Positions 8,385-18,786 of a stretch of 64,000 bases of DNA are shown here, piece by piece. The DNA lies in contig JBFLZW010000031.1 in NCBI GenBank assembly GCA_040755755.1, positions 64,561 to 128,560 of the forward strand, written 5' to 3'. Source of the stretch: a bacterium (GTDB lineage Bacteria > SZUA-182 > DTGQ01). The notes under the pieces are model-generated. The model did not search any database and was not told the DNA's origin. It saw only the letters and a program-made list of their open reading frames with translations. Positions within the stretch are counted from its first letter, which is position 1. Each line of letters opens with the position of its first letter. Position numbers and translations under genes: made by a program.

Positions 8385-11300
8385 TTGAAATCACGAAAAG
8401 CCGCTTACCTTGAAGAGGATCCCCTCTGGTATAAGGATGCGATCATTTATGAGCTCCATGTAAAGACCTTTTACGATAGCAATAATGACGGCATCGGAGA
8501 TTTTCAGGGACTTACCCAGAAACTCGACCATCTGGCAAACCTTGGAATTACGGCTGTCTGGCTTCTCCCCTTTTATCCATCTCCCCTGAAGGATGATGGC
8601 TATGATATAGCCAATTATTTTGAAGTCCATCCTGATTATGGCACGCTGCGGGACTTCAAGGAATTTCTCAAGGAAGCCCATCGGCGGGGAATACGGGTCA
8701 TTACCGAGCTTGTTTTAAACCACACTTCCGATCAGCATGACTGGTTTCAGAAGGCCCGAAGAGCAAAACCCGGCTCCAGATGGAGAAATTATTATGTCTG
8801 GGATTCACCGGAAAAGTATAAAGATGCCAGAATTATCTTTAAAGACTTCGAAACTTCCAACTGGGCCTGGGACCCTGTAGCCAAGGCTTACTACTGGCAT
8901 CGTTTTTACTCCCATCAGCCGGATCTGAATTACAATCATCCGCATGTCCAGAAAAGCATGCTGCGGGTCATCGACTACTGGTTGAATATGGGTGTGGACG
9001 GGATGCGCCTTGATGCCGTTCCCTACCTTTATGAACGGGAGGGAACCAATTGCGAAAATCTGCCGGAAACCTATGAGTATCTGAAGAAACTGAGGTCGCA
9101 TATCGACAGCAAGTTCAGAGGCAGGATGCTTCTGGCCGAGGCCAACCAGTGGCCGGAAGATGCGGTCAACTATTTCGGAAATGGTGACGAGTGTCATATG
9201 GCCTTTCATTTTCCGCTGATGCCCAGGATGTTCATGGCCATCCGGATGGAAAACCGGTATCCAATCATGGAAATCCTCAATCAGACCCCGGCGATCCCTG
9301 ATGTCTGTCAGTGGGCGCTCTTTTTGAGGAATCACGATGAGCTTACCCTCGAAATGGTGACCGACGAGGAGCGGGACTATATGTACAGGATCTACGCCAA
9401 AGACCGCACGGCACGGATTAACCTCGGCATTCGAAGGCGTCTGGCACCGCTCCTTGGCAATGACAGAAAAAAGATAGAATTGATGAATTTTCTGCTCCTT
9501 TCCCTGCCGGGGACCCCGGTTATCTATTACGGGGATGAAATCGGCATGGGAGACAACTACTATCTGGGAGACAGAAACGGCGTCAGGACCCCGATGCAGT
9601 GGAGTGGAGACAGAAATGCCGGTTTCTCGCGGGCCAATCCCCAGAAACTCTACCTGCCGGTGATCATTGATCCTGAATACCATTATGAAGCCGTCAATGT
9701 GGAAAACCAGGACAGAAGCCAGGCTTCCCTGCTATGGTGGATGAAGCATTTTATCGCCATGAGAAACAATTTCAAGGCCTTTGGCCGGGGAACGATCGAA
9801 TTCCTCTTTCCGGAGAATATGAAGGTTCTGGCCTTTATCCGGCAGTACCAGGATGAGAACATCCTGGTGGTCGTGAACCTGTCACGGCACCCGCAGCTCG
9901 TCGAGCTTGACCTGGCAAAGTATGCCGGGTATGTGCCGGTGGAGGCTTTCAGCAAGAATTCATTCATTGTTATTAAAAATCATCCCTACGCCCTGACCCT
10001 TGGATCGTATGGCTACTACCTGTTTCTGCTCCAGAGGCAGGAGGAGGGGGGGGCAGTCCGGACCCCGAGGATCCTGCCGGAAATCAAGGTAAGCTGGAAG
10101 TGGGAGATGGTTTTGGCCGGAAAAGCGGGGGAGGAGCTTGAGCGTGAAGTATTGCCGCTTTTCCTGAAAAGTGCCCGGTGGTTCGGAGGGAAGACCCGTC
10201 TGGTCCAGCAGGTCAAGATAGCCAGGGATATCCAGCTCGGCAAGGGCAGCCAGGTCACGCATCTTTTGTTCCTCGATGTTCAGTACACGGAAGGGGTGTC
10301 CGACCTCTATCTTCTTCCCCTCTCTTTTGCTCAGGCAGATCAGGCGCAAAAGATCCTGGAGGAGTCGCCTCAGGGGGTGGTGGCCAGGCTCGTGGTCGAT
10401 GAGACGAGGGGAATCATCTATGACGGCATCTATAACGAGAAATTCCGCCAGGATCTTCTGATGATGATTGTCAGACGGTATAAAATCCGGGATAAGGAAG
10501 GGGAGGTGGCTGCCTATCCGGGGAAGGACCTTCGGGGTTCCATCAGGGGAATGCAATTACCTTCCGAATCCCAGGTACTGCGGGGTGAGCAGAGCAACTC
10601 GTCGATTATCTACGGGAACAGGTTTTTTCTCAAGCTGTTCAGGCGTCTTGAGGAGGGAATGAACTCGGAGCTCGAAATGCTGTGGTTCCTGACTGAAAAG
10701 CTATCCTGTCCTCATGTGCCGCCGTTTGCAGGAGTGATCGAGTATCGAAAGCCGCATGCCGAATCGACCATTCTGGCCATTCTTCAAGGGCTTGTGCCCA
10801 ATGCAGGGGATGCCTGGAGCTATACTCTCGATGCTCTGGAGAGGTATTTTACCGGTGTCCTCTCGAAGTCAGGCGAGATTCAGGAGGTCCCGAAGGCTCC
10901 AGCTTCGCTCCTTGAGATAGCTTATCAGGAAATCCCTCCGCTCATGCAGGAGCTCATCTCGGGTTATCTTGAAATGATAAGCCTGCTGGGCACAAGAACC
11001 GGAGAGCTTCACCTTGCTCTGGCCTCGGACCCGGAAGATCCGTTTTTTGCGCTGGAACCCTATTCACTCCTTCACCAGAGGGCCATTTATCAGTCACTGC
11101 AAACCGGGGCTCAGCGGACTTTTCATCTTCTGGAAAAGAGCCTTGCACATCTGCCTGAGGATGAAAGGAACCTGGTGCAGGAGATCCTGAGCTTAAAGAA
11201 ACAGGTGGTCAGTCTGTTCAAAGCCATTCTCCAGAAGAAGATCTCCGGCGGGAAGATCAGGATCCACGGGGATTACCATCTGGGCCAGGTGCTCTACACG

Positions 11301-11714
11301 GGAAAGGACTTTGCGATCATCGATTTTGAAGGCGAGCCGGCCCGGTCGTTGAGCGAGCGGCGATTGAAAAGGTCCCCCCTGCGGGATATAGCCGGTATGC
11401 TCAGATCGCTCCACTATGCAGCCTATACCGCTCTCTTGAAAAAAGCGCTGATCAGGGCTGAAGACAGGGTACAGCTTGAGCCCTGGGCTGACCTGTGGTA
11501 CAAATATACGGGGGGTGCTTTCCTGAGATCGTATCTCGATACGGTCAAAGATGCACCCTTTATCCCCCGGGAAAAGAACGAGCTGCAGATCATGCTCAAT
11601 GCCTTTCTCCTCGATAAGGCAATTTACGAGGTCAGATATGAATTGAACAACCGGCCAGAATGGCTGGCCATTCCCTTGCGGGGGATAAAACACCTGCTGG
11701 AGGAAAACAAGTAG
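8385..11714 (+). CDS. treS: trehalose synthase fused to maltokinase (TreS-Pep2/Mak fusion)
   Basis: 1109 aa. The N-terminal ~590 aa are GH13 TreS (YKDAIIYELHVKTFYDSNNDGIGDF, GMRLDAVPYL, NHDELT). The C-terminal ~500 aa are a maltokinase-like phosphotransferase (IHGDYHLGQVLYTGKDFAIIDFEGEP). Confidence 0.9.
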   Translation: MKSRKAAYLEEDPLWYKDAIIYELHVKTFYDSNNDGIGDFQGLTQKLDHLANLGITAVWLLPFYPSPLKDDGYDIANYFEVHPDYGTLRDFKEFLKEAHRRGIRVITELVLNHTSDQHDWFQKARRAKPGSRWRNYYVWDSPEKYKDARIIFKDFETSNWAWDPVAKAYYWHRFYSHQPDLNYNHPHVQKSMLRVIDYWLNMGVDGMRLDAVPYLYEREGTNCENLPETYEYLKKLRSHIDSKFRGRMLLAEANQWPEDAVNYFGNGDECHMAFHFPLMPRMFMAIRMENRYPIMEILNQTPAIPDVCQWALFLRNHDELTLEMVTDEERDYMYRIYAKDRTARINLGIRRRLAPLLGNDRKKIELMNFLLLSLPGTPVIYYGDEIGMGDNYYLGDRNGVRTPMQWSGDRNAGFSRANPQKLYLPVIIDPEYHYEAVNVENQDRSQASLLWWMKHFIAMRNNFKAFGRGTIEFLFPENMKVLAFIRQYQDENILVVVNLSRHPQLVELDLAKYAGYVPVEAFSKNSFIVIKNHPYALTLGSYGYYLFLLQRQEEGGAVRTPRILPEIKVSWKWEMVLAGKAGEELEREVLPLFLKSARWFGGKTRLVQQVKIARDIQLGKGSQVTHLLFLDVQYTEGVSDLYLLPLSFAQADQAQKILEESPQGVVARLVVDETRGIIYDGIYNEKFRQDLLMMIVRRYKIRDKEGEVAAYPGKDLRGSIRGMQLPSESQVLRGEQSNSSIIYGNRFFLKLFRRLEEGMNSELEMLWFLTEKLSCPHVPPFAGVIEYRKPHAESTILAILQGLVPNAGDAWSYTLDALERYFTGVLSKSGEIQEVPKAPASLLEIAYQEIPPLMQELISGYLEMISLLGTRTGELHLALASDPEDPFFALEPYSLLHQRAIYQSLQTGAQRTFHLLEKSLAHLPEDERNLVQEILSLKKQVVSLFKAILQKKISGGKIRIHGDYHLGQVLYTGKDFAIIDFEGEPARSLSERRLKRSPLRDIAGMLRSLHYAAYTALLKKALIRAEDRVQLEPWADLWYKYTGGAFLRSYLDTVKDAPFIPREKNELQIMLNAFLLDKAIYEVRYELNNRPEWLAIPLRGIKHLLEENK

Positions 11715-11748
11715 CGGGGAGAAAAAATGAGAAAGGAGAGAGAGGGCG

Positions 11749-13671
11749 ATGGATATCGGGAGCCTTTTGACTGAGAATGATATTTACCTGTTCAGGGAAG
11801 GGAGCCACTTTCGGCTCTATGATAAGCTCGGCTCTCATCTGGTAACCGTTGACGGAGTCAGCGGAGCGTACTTTGCGGTCTGGGCTCCGAATGCCGAGGG
11901 GGTTACGGTGATGGGAAAATTTAATGGCTGGAACCCGGATTCCCATTCTCTGGCCTTGAGAATGGATGGCTCAGGGATCTGGGAGGGCTTTATTCCCGGT
12001 ATCGCTCATGGTGCTCCGTACAAGTATCATATCAGATCACGCTATCGGCATTACCGGGTCGATAAAGGAGACCCTTATGCCTTCCGCTGGGAGCCTGCGC
12101 CGGAAACAGCCTCGGTGGTCTGGGACCTCAAGTATGCATGGGGAGATGGCGAGTGGATGAAAAACCGCGCCGGGGCCAATGCCTTCAATGCACCCATGTC
12201 TATCTACGAGGTGCATCTTGGATCGTGGAGACGGGTTCCGGAAGAGGACGGGCGGTTTCTTACCTACCGGGAAATGGCTGAAAGCCTGGCTGATTACGTC
12301 GAGAAGATGGGTTTTACCCATGTCGAGTTTCTGCCGGTCATGGAGCATCCCTTCTATGGTTCCTGGGGATATCAGATCGTGGGCTTCTTTGCTCCGAGCA
12401 GCAGGTTCGGCACTCCGCAGGACTTCATGGCGATGGTCGATTACCTCCATCAGCGGGGGATAGGAGTTATCCTTGACTGGGTGCCTTCGCATTTTCCCGA
12501 TAATATCCAGGGGCTGGTCTTCTTTGACGGCACTCACCTGTACGAGCATGCAGACCCACGGAAAGGATTTCATCCCGAATGGAAGAGCTATATCTTTAAC
12601 TATGGCCGCCAGGAAGTCAGGGCATTCCTGATCAGTGCCGCACTCTTCTGGTTTGACAAGTATCATATCGACGGTCTCAGGGTGGATGCCGTAGCCTCCA
12701 TGCTCTACCTGGACTATGCGCGCAAATGGGGTGAATGGATCCCGAACGAATTCGGCGGCAAGGAGAATATCGAGGCCATCAGCTTCATCAAACGGCTGAA
12801 CGAGGCCATATACAGCGCATACCCCGATGTTCAGACCATTGCCGAAGAGTCGACCGCCTGGCCCATGGTTTCCCGTCCGACCTATATCGGCGGTCTGGGA
12901 TTTGGTCTGAAGTGGAATATGGGCTGGATGCACGATACCCTGTCCTACTTTTCCAAGGACGCCGTTTACCGCAAGTACCATCAGGGCCAGCTCACGTTCA
13001 GTATCTGGTACGCCTTCTGGGAAAATTTCGTGCTTCCTCTCTCCCACGATGAGGTGGTATACGGGAAAGGCTCGCTGATCGGGAAAATGCCGGGGGACGA
13101 CTGGCAGAAATTCGCCAACCTGCGGCTGTTATTCGGATATATGTATGGTCATCCGGGCAAGAAGCTTCTGTTCATGGGGGGAGAGTTTGCCCAGTGGCGG
13201 GAGTGGAACCACGATCTCAGCCTTGACTGGCACCTCCTCGAATATTTCCCTCATCAGGGAGTGCAAAAGTGGGTCGCGGACTTAAACCGCATGTATGCCA
13301 CTGAACCGGCCCTTCACGAGCTGGACTTTTCCAGTGAAGGATTCGAATGGGTGGATTTTCACGATGCCGAATCGAGCGTCATCAGCTTCATCAGAAAAGG
13401 GAAAACCACCGGCGACCTGATCATGGCAGTCTGCAATTTCACCCCCGTGCCCCGGGAAAACTACCGGCTGGGAGTGCCGTGGAGCGGCATCTGGAAAGAG
13501 ATCCTGAACAGCGATGCCAGGGTCTATGGCGGAAGCGGCCACGGAAACTTTGGCCAGGTTGAGGCCACACCGCTTCCTGCACACGGAAAAAGCTGCTCCC
13601 TATCCCTGCTCCTGCCTCCCCTGGGCATTATTTTCCTCAAGGGTGAGGAGAGTGAGAAATTTCAGTTGTAA
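11749..13671 (+). CDS. glgB: 1,4-alpha-glucan branching enzyme
   Basis: 640 aa. GH13_9 motifs ([39 protein letters not shown]). Confidence 0.9.
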   Translation: MDIGSLLTENDIYLFREGSHFRLYDKLGSHLVTVDGVSGAYFAVWAPNAEGVTVMGKFNGWNPDSHSLALRMDGSGIWEGFIPGIAHGAPYKYHIRSRYRHYRVDKGDPYAFRWEPAPETASVVWDLKYAWGDGEWMKNRAGANAFNAPMSIYEVHLGSWRRVPEEDGRFLTYREMAESLADYVEKMGFTHVEFLPVMEHPFYGSWGYQIVGFFAPSSRFGTPQDFMAMVDYLHQRGIGVILDWVPSHFPDNIQGLVFFDGTHLYEHADPRKGFHPEWKSYIFNYGRQEVRAFLISAALFWFDKYHIDGLRVDAVASMLYLDYARKWGEWIPNEFGGKENIEAISFIKRLNEAIYSAYPDVQTIAEESTAWPMVSRPTYIGGLGFGLKWNMGWMHDTLSYFSKDAVYRKYHQGQLTFSIWYAFWENFVLPLSHDEVVYGKGSLIGKMPGDDWQKFANLRLLFGYMYGHPGKKLLFMGGEFAQWREWNHDLSLDWHLLEYFPHQGVQKWVADLNRMYATEPALHELDFSSEGFEWVDFHDAESSVISFIRKGKTTGDLIMAVCNFTPVPRENYRLGVPWSGIWKEILNSDARVYGGSGHGNFGQVEATPLPAHGKSCSLSLLLPPLGIIFLKGEESEKFQL

Positions 13672-13740
13672 AATGTAGGGGGGCTCTTCGCCCCACCAAA
13701 CGCCACGCCGTCTACAGTATAGATCAGAGAGGGTAGTAAA

Positions 13741-13899
13741 TTGAAAACCAGGGAATATATTGCCGAGGTCATGTTGGACGGCCATCTTTCTTTACCTGAA
13801 AAGGTAATTCAAGATCCAGGTCTTCAACCACATACCAAGGTCAGGGTAACCATTGAAAAAGCCGAATCAGAAGCACATGGAATATATTGCTTGATATAG
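13741..13899 (+). CDS. small AbrB/SpoVT-fold antitoxin-like ORF (possibly a remnant)
   Basis: ~50-aa ORF (..GHLSLPEKVIQDPGLQPHTKVRVTIEKAE..) resembling the swapped-hairpin antitoxin motif (KGQVTIPKEIREALGL..GD.V.I). Low-GC islet after glgB. Confidence 0.3.
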   Translation: MKTREYIAEVMLDGHLSLPEKVIQDPGLQPHTKVRVTIEKAESEAHGIYCLI

Positions 13900-14009
13900 A
13901 CCTTTCTCAAATTGTTTCTATTGATAAGCAATTGGAAGAGCAAGCCGTTGATCTCTTTTGGAAGTATCAGGATAAAAGGTGGGGAATCGTGGATTGCTCT
14001 TCAATTTAG
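13881..14009 (+). pseudogene. internally deleted PIN-domain (VapC-like) toxin remnant
   Basis: Frame NILLDIDLSQIVSID...WGIVDCSSI*. The PIN-like start (ILLD.D) is joined directly to a C-terminal VDC(S/T)S-like motif. Only 42 codons remain, with further stop-interrupted fragments up to ~14100. Confidence 0.3.
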
Positions 14010-14170
14010 TGATGGAGATGGCAAACTGTTCGCTCTCATTTGGCTATGACCATCATTATTGTAGAGGCCGCAAGGCAGTTTGGTTTTGCTTTACTCGACA
14101 GTTAATTTTGATTGTGGATTAAACTTTAACATCCCCTTTAAAGTCAGTTGGGATTTATGGTGATTTCCAG

Positions 14171-14872
14171 ATGTACTATCAGGATATTCACCCCTGGGAG
14201 GTCAGCTATCAGGAGGCACTGGAGATTCAGCGAAAGCTCAGCCGTATGGTTGAGACCGGGCCGCTCAGCCAGCCGGTGACCTTGGTCGCCGGGGCCGATA
14301 TCTCTTACTCGAAGATGGATGAGCGCCTGTTTGCCGCAGTTGTGGCCTTTACCTTTCCGGACCTTGAAATCGTGGAACAGGCCAAGGCCGAAGGGCGGGC
14401 CACCTTTCCCTATATTCCGGGATTGCTCAGCTTTCGCGAAGCACCGACACTGCTGACAGCTTTTGCCCGGCTCCGGCATGAGCCCGATGTCATTCTTGTT
14501 GACGGCCAGGGTATTGCTCACCCGCGACGGCTGGGTATTGCCTCTCACCTTGGGATACTCCTTGACCGCCCGACCATAGGCTGTGCCAAAACCCGGCTGA
14601 GCGGAAACTATGTCGAACCCGGAGAGCACAAAGGAGAGAAATCCCCCTTGCAGCATGGCAGGGAAACAATCGGCATGGTGCTCAGAACCCGCACCAGGAC
14701 CAGGCCTCTCTTCATCTCGGTTGGCCATAAAATCGATCTTGAGACAGCAGTGTCGATTGTTTTGGCCTGCACCCGCACCTTCCGGCTTCCTGAACCCACC
14801 CGGCAGGCCCACCTGCTTGCCAATCGTCTCCGAAGGGAATTTTCTCCTGCCCATCGATTACCCGGTGAATGA
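14171..14872 (+). CDS. nfi: endonuclease V (deoxyinosine 3' endonuclease)
   Basis: VAGADISY...AFTFPDLEIVE...ILVDGQGIAHPRRLGIASHLG is the conserved Nfi core. Confidence 0.85.
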   Translation: MYYQDIHPWEVSYQEALEIQRKLSRMVETGPLSQPVTLVAGADISYSKMDERLFAAVVAFTFPDLEIVEQAKAEGRATFPYIPGLLSFREAPTLLTAFARLRHEPDVILVDGQGIAHPRRLGIASHLGILLDRPTIGCAKTRLSGNYVEPGEHKGEKSPLQHGRETIGMVLRTRTRTRPLFISVGHKIDLETAVSIVLACTRTFRLPEPTRQAHLLANRLRREFSPAHRLPGE

Positions 14873-15065
14873 TATCTTTATCCTGATCAGGCAAAAGATA
14901 AATCCTTATTAGACCGTGCTGTATTGCCTGATCACTTCTCCTTGCAGCTAATCGCCGCTCCTTGCAGTTTATCTCTGCCTTTGAATATGATCAATTTTCG
15001 CCGGGTTGTACTGGCCATTCCCGAAAAATTCTCATGAGCTCCATCACTATTAGAGATATTATACC

Positions 15066-15094
15066 TTGACTTTTTAAGACCTTATCTATAAGAT
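15066..15094 (+). promoter_or_regulatory. candidate sigma-70 promoter for galU (TTGACT-17 nt-TAAGAT)
   Basis: -35/-10 hexamers with a 17-nt spacer, ~80 nt upstream of the galU ATG. By eye only. Confidence 0.3.
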
Positions 15095-15171
15095 AGCATA
15101 AATCAGGTAGTGGAGTGCCATCTTTCATTTCGTGATGTATTGTGAAACTCTGAGTAAAGGAGTGTTACCGA

Positions 15172-16107
15172 ATGAACGAGTGCTCAAATATCAAAAAGGC
15201 GATATTCCCCGCCGCAGGTCTTGGAACCAGGTTTCTTCCAGCCACCAAATCCTCTCCAAAAGAAATGCTGCCTCTGGTTGATAAGCCGATGATTCAATAC
15301 GTAGTTGAGGAGGCGGTTGCCTCCGGCATCGAGGATATTACTATTGTCACCGGTCGAGGGAAACGGGCGATCGAGGATTTTTTTGATATTTCCTTTGAGC
15401 TGGAATATGAGCTGCGCAAAAGGGGCAAGGCCGAAATTCTGGAACAGATGCAAATGATATCCCATATGGCAAAAATTTCCTATATCCGGCAGAAAGAGCC
15501 ACTCGGTCTTGGCCATGCCATCCTGGTGCCACGGGATCTTGTCGGAAATCAGGCATTCGCCGTCCTTCTCGGAGACGACATTATCGATGCCGATGTTCCC
15601 TGTCTCAAGCAATTGATCGAAGTTTATAACCGATACAAATGCTCGGTCATCGCCGTGCAAAGAGTACATGACGATATCTCACAGTATGGCGTTATCAAGC
15701 CGAGACATCTGGAAAACAACGTTTATCAGGTTTTAGACCTGGTTGAAAAGCCATCACCGAGTGAGGCCCCTTCCGATCTGGCTATCATTGGCCGATACAT
15801 TTTAACTCCCGAGATATTCGACGTTCTCGAAAGGATAGGAATGGATAAGACCGGCGAAATTCAACTGACCAACGGTTTGCGCGAATTAAGCAAACGCCAG
15901 GCCATCTATGCCTGTGAATTTCAAGGGAAGCGCTACGACGCCGGAAGCAAGCTTGGCTTTCTCCAGGCCACAGTTGAATTTGCCCTGAAATGCCCTGGTC
16001 TGGGCGAAGAGTTCGCTCAGTATCTGGCAAGCCGAAACCTGGCGGATTTACTCGCTGAAAAAAAGACCTCTCAGGTTCCTCACAAAGCGAGTGACCATAT
16101 CCAATGA
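15172..16107 (+). CDS. galU: UTP--glucose-1-phosphate uridylyltransferase
   Basis: AIFPAAGLGTRFLPATKSSPKEMLPLVDKPMIQYVVEEA is the GalU N-terminal signature. Confidence 0.9.
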   Translation: MNECSNIKKAIFPAAGLGTRFLPATKSSPKEMLPLVDKPMIQYVVEEAVASGIEDITIVTGRGKRAIEDFFDISFELEYELRKRGKAEILEQMQMISHMAKISYIRQKEPLGLGHAILVPRDLVGNQAFAVLLGDDIIDADVPCLKQLIEVYNRYKCSVIAVQRVHDDISQYGVIKPRHLENNVYQVLDLVEKPSPSEAPSDLAIIGRYILTPEIFDVLERIGMDKTGEIQLTNGLRELSKRQAIYACEFQGKRYDAGSKLGFLQATVEFALKCPGLGEEFAQYLASRNLADLLAEKKTSQVPHKASDHIQ

Positions 16108-16384
16108 TAAGTCTTGAGCGATCATCTGCCACGAGGCAGTAAAGCCAGATATGCCGGCTGCTTGCCGGTGTAATATTGGGGTAAACAGGATTGATACTCT
16201 GACATGGGGAGAAGGAATGGTTTTGCCGATAACACTTATGAGCACTGTTAAGCTCAATCGGAACCGTTCTTTCACCAACATCATCCAATTCCAATGTCGT
16301 CGGATAACTGTATGTTCAGCAGGCATTACTTCAGGGTGACCCGTTAATCGAAGGGATCGTGAAATCTAGTAAGGAGGATATGCT

Positions 16385-18757
16385 GTGGCCGAGGGTGATA
16401 CCAAAAAGAACGTGCTTTTGGATAATATACCATGCTGTTTGCCACTTTTGCCGGTTAGAGATATCGTTGTTTACCCCTATATGATTCTGCCTCTCTTCGT
16501 AGGGAGAGAAAAATCCATCAAAGCTGTCGAGCAGGCCGTTGCCGAGTACGATCGCAAAATCTTCCTTGTCGCTCAGAAAGACTCGAAAGTCGAAGACCCC
16601 AGTCCCGAGGAAATATTCCGGTTCGGAACGGTCGGCAACATCATGAAACTCCTGAAACTACCTGACGGCAGGCTGAAAATCCTGATTCACGGCCTGATAC
16701 GGGCTGAGCTGAAAAAGTACAAGGAAGACAAAAACTGCTTCATTGCCAAAATAAAGAAGATCATCGAGAAGGAGAATACCGAGCATACTCTCGAAGTTGA
16801 AGCCCTGATGCGGAATGTAAAATCGCAGATGGAAAAAAGCCTCTCGCTCGGAAAAGCTCTGCTGCCGGATGTCGTGGTTATCGCCAGCAACATCGATGAT
16901 CCCGGCAAGCTGGCTGACCTGATCGTATCCAACCTGGTTCTGAAGACCGATGAAACCCAGAGTGTTCTTGAGATCATCGATCCTGTCCAGCGGCTCAAAA
17001 GAGTCAATGAGCTTTTGTCGAAGGAGCTGGAAGTTCTGGCCATGCAAAAAAAGATCCAGTCCCAGGCCAAAGAGGAGATGGACAAGGATCACCGGGAGTA
17101 TTACCTTCGCCAGCAGTTGAAAGCCATCCAGCACGAGCTGGGCCAGGTGGATGAGCGCACCGAAGAAATCAATGACCTGAAATCCAAGATAGAGAAGGCC
17201 AACCTGCCGGATGAGGCCAGGAACGAGGCCGAGAAGCAATTGTCCCGCCTGGCCAAGATGCACCCTGAAGCCGCGGAATCCGGTATGGTCCGGTCCTATC
17301 TGGAATGGCTGGTCGAGCTTCCGTGGAGCATATCAACCGAGGATAATCTCGACATTGCCCAGGCTTCCAGGGTGCTTAACGAGGATCATTATGACCTGGA
17401 AAAGGTCAAGGAAAGAATCCTTGAATACCTGAGCGTCAGAAAGCTCAAGAAAAATAAAATGAAAGGGCCTATTCTCTGCTTTGTCGGCCCTCCGGGAGTT
17501 GGGAAAACCTCCCTGGGAAAATCCATTGCCCGCTCTCTGGGAAGAAAATTCGTGCGCATCTCCCTTGGCGGTGTCCGGGACGAAGCGGAAATCCGGGGCC
17601 ATCGCCGGACCTATATCGGCTCCCTGCCGGGCCGGATTATTCAGGGAATCAGACAGGCGGGCTCCAACAATCCGATTTTCATGATGGATGAAGTAGATAA
17701 AATCGGTGCTGATTTTCGCGGGGACCCTTCGGCAGCCCTGCTGGAGGTTCTGGACCCTGAGCAAAATTCAGCCTTCACCGACCATTACCTGGGGATACCC
17801 TTCGATTTGAGCAATGTCATGTTTATCGCTACCGCCAACCTCCTCGATCCAATTCTGCCGGCCTTCCGGGACCGGATGGAGATCATCCATCTGTCCGGCT
17901 ACACCGAGATAGAAAAAATGAAAATCGCCAGACGATACCTGATTCCCAAGCAGCTGGAGGAGAATGGAATTACCGATAAAGACCTCTCTATCTCGGATCA
18001 GGCCACCCTGAAAATTATTAATGAGTATACGCGGGAGGCGGGATTGCGAAATCTGGAGCGGGAAATCGCCACCATCTGCCGCAAATGTGCAAAACGCAAA
18101 GCCGAAGGATCAACTGGCAAGATGAGTGTCGTGCCGAGAAACGTCCACCATTTCCTCGGCATCCCCTCCTATCAGAGGGAGCTGGAGTATAAATCGGACG
18201 AAGTTGGTGTCGCTACCGGATTGGCATGGACCGAGTCCGGAGGAGATATTATTCATATCGAAGCTACCACCATGAGAGGCAAAGGAGCTTTGATCCTGAC
18301 CGGACATCTGGGAGATATCATGAAAGAATCCGCTCAGGCAGCCCTGAGCTTTGCACGTTCCGAAGCCGAGCACCTGGGTATTGACGGAAACTTCAATGCT
18401 GAAAAAGATATCCATATCCATATCCCGGCAGGTGCCATTCCCAAGGATGGCCCTTCGGCTGGAGTAACCATGGCTACCTCGCTGGTTTCGCTCTTCACTA
18501 ATAAACCGGTCCGCAAGGATGTGGCCATGACTGGCGAAATCACCCTGCGAGGTCATGTCCTGCCGGTTGGAGGGCTGAAGCAGAAGGTTCTGGCTGCCAA
18601 GCGAATGGGCATTAACAATATCATTGTCCCCGCACGGAATAAAAAAGATATCCAGGATATTCCGAAACAGGTACGTCAGAATATCCATTTTACCTTTGCG
18701 GAAAATATGGAAGATATTCTGAATGTTGCCCTGAAGAATACGAATGGAAATTCGTAA
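16385..18757 (+). CDS. lon: ATP-dependent Lon protease
   Basis: 790 aa. LON N-domain, Walker A GPPGVGKTS, and the protease domain with catalytic Ser in PKDGPSAGVTMATSLVS. Confidence 0.95.
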   Translation: MAEGDTKKNVLLDNIPCCLPLLPVRDIVVYPYMILPLFVGREKSIKAVEQAVAEYDRKIFLVAQKDSKVEDPSPEEIFRFGTVGNIMKLLKLPDGRLKILIHGLIRAELKKYKEDKNCFIAKIKKIIEKENTEHTLEVEALMRNVKSQMEKSLSLGKALLPDVVVIASNIDDPGKLADLIVSNLVLKTDETQSVLEIIDPVQRLKRVNELLSKELEVLAMQKKIQSQAKEEMDKDHREYYLRQQLKAIQHELGQVDERTEEINDLKSKIEKANLPDEARNEAEKQLSRLAKMHPEAAESGMVRSYLEWLVELPWSISTEDNLDIAQASRVLNEDHYDLEKVKERILEYLSVRKLKKNKMKGPILCFVGPPGVGKTSLGKSIARSLGRKFVRISLGGVRDEAEIRGHRRTYIGSLPGRIIQGIRQAGSNNPIFMMDEVDKIGADFRGDPSAALLEVLDPEQNSAFTDHYLGIPFDLSNVMFIATANLLDPILPAFRDRMEIIHLSGYTEIEKMKIARRYLIPKQLEENGITDKDLSISDQATLKIINEYTREAGLRNLEREIATICRKCAKRKAEGSTGKMSVVPRNVHHFLGIPSYQRELEYKSDEVGVATGLAWTESGGDIIHIEATTMRGKGALILTGHLGDIMKESAQAALSFARSEAEHLGIDGNFNAEKDIHIHIPAGAIPKDGPSAGVTMATSLVSLFTNKPVRKDVAMTGEITLRGHVLPVGGLKQKVLAAKRMGINNIIVPARNKKDIQDIPKQVRQNIHFTFAENMEDILNVALKNTNGNS

Positions 18758-18786
18758 TTGGTGACTTCTCACTCTAAGGAGAACAG

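Noticed and set aside
7191-13047. Several long minus-strand ORFs (7191-8318, 8805-9683, 12037-13047)
   Set aside because: They are antisense shadows of glgE, treS-pep2 and glgB, with no motifs of their own.
16108-16384. Small ORFs in the galU-lon spacer (16048-16326 minus, 16151-16339 plus)
   Set aside because: They are short and mutually overlapping with no RBS or domain. The region is more likely the lon 5' leader.
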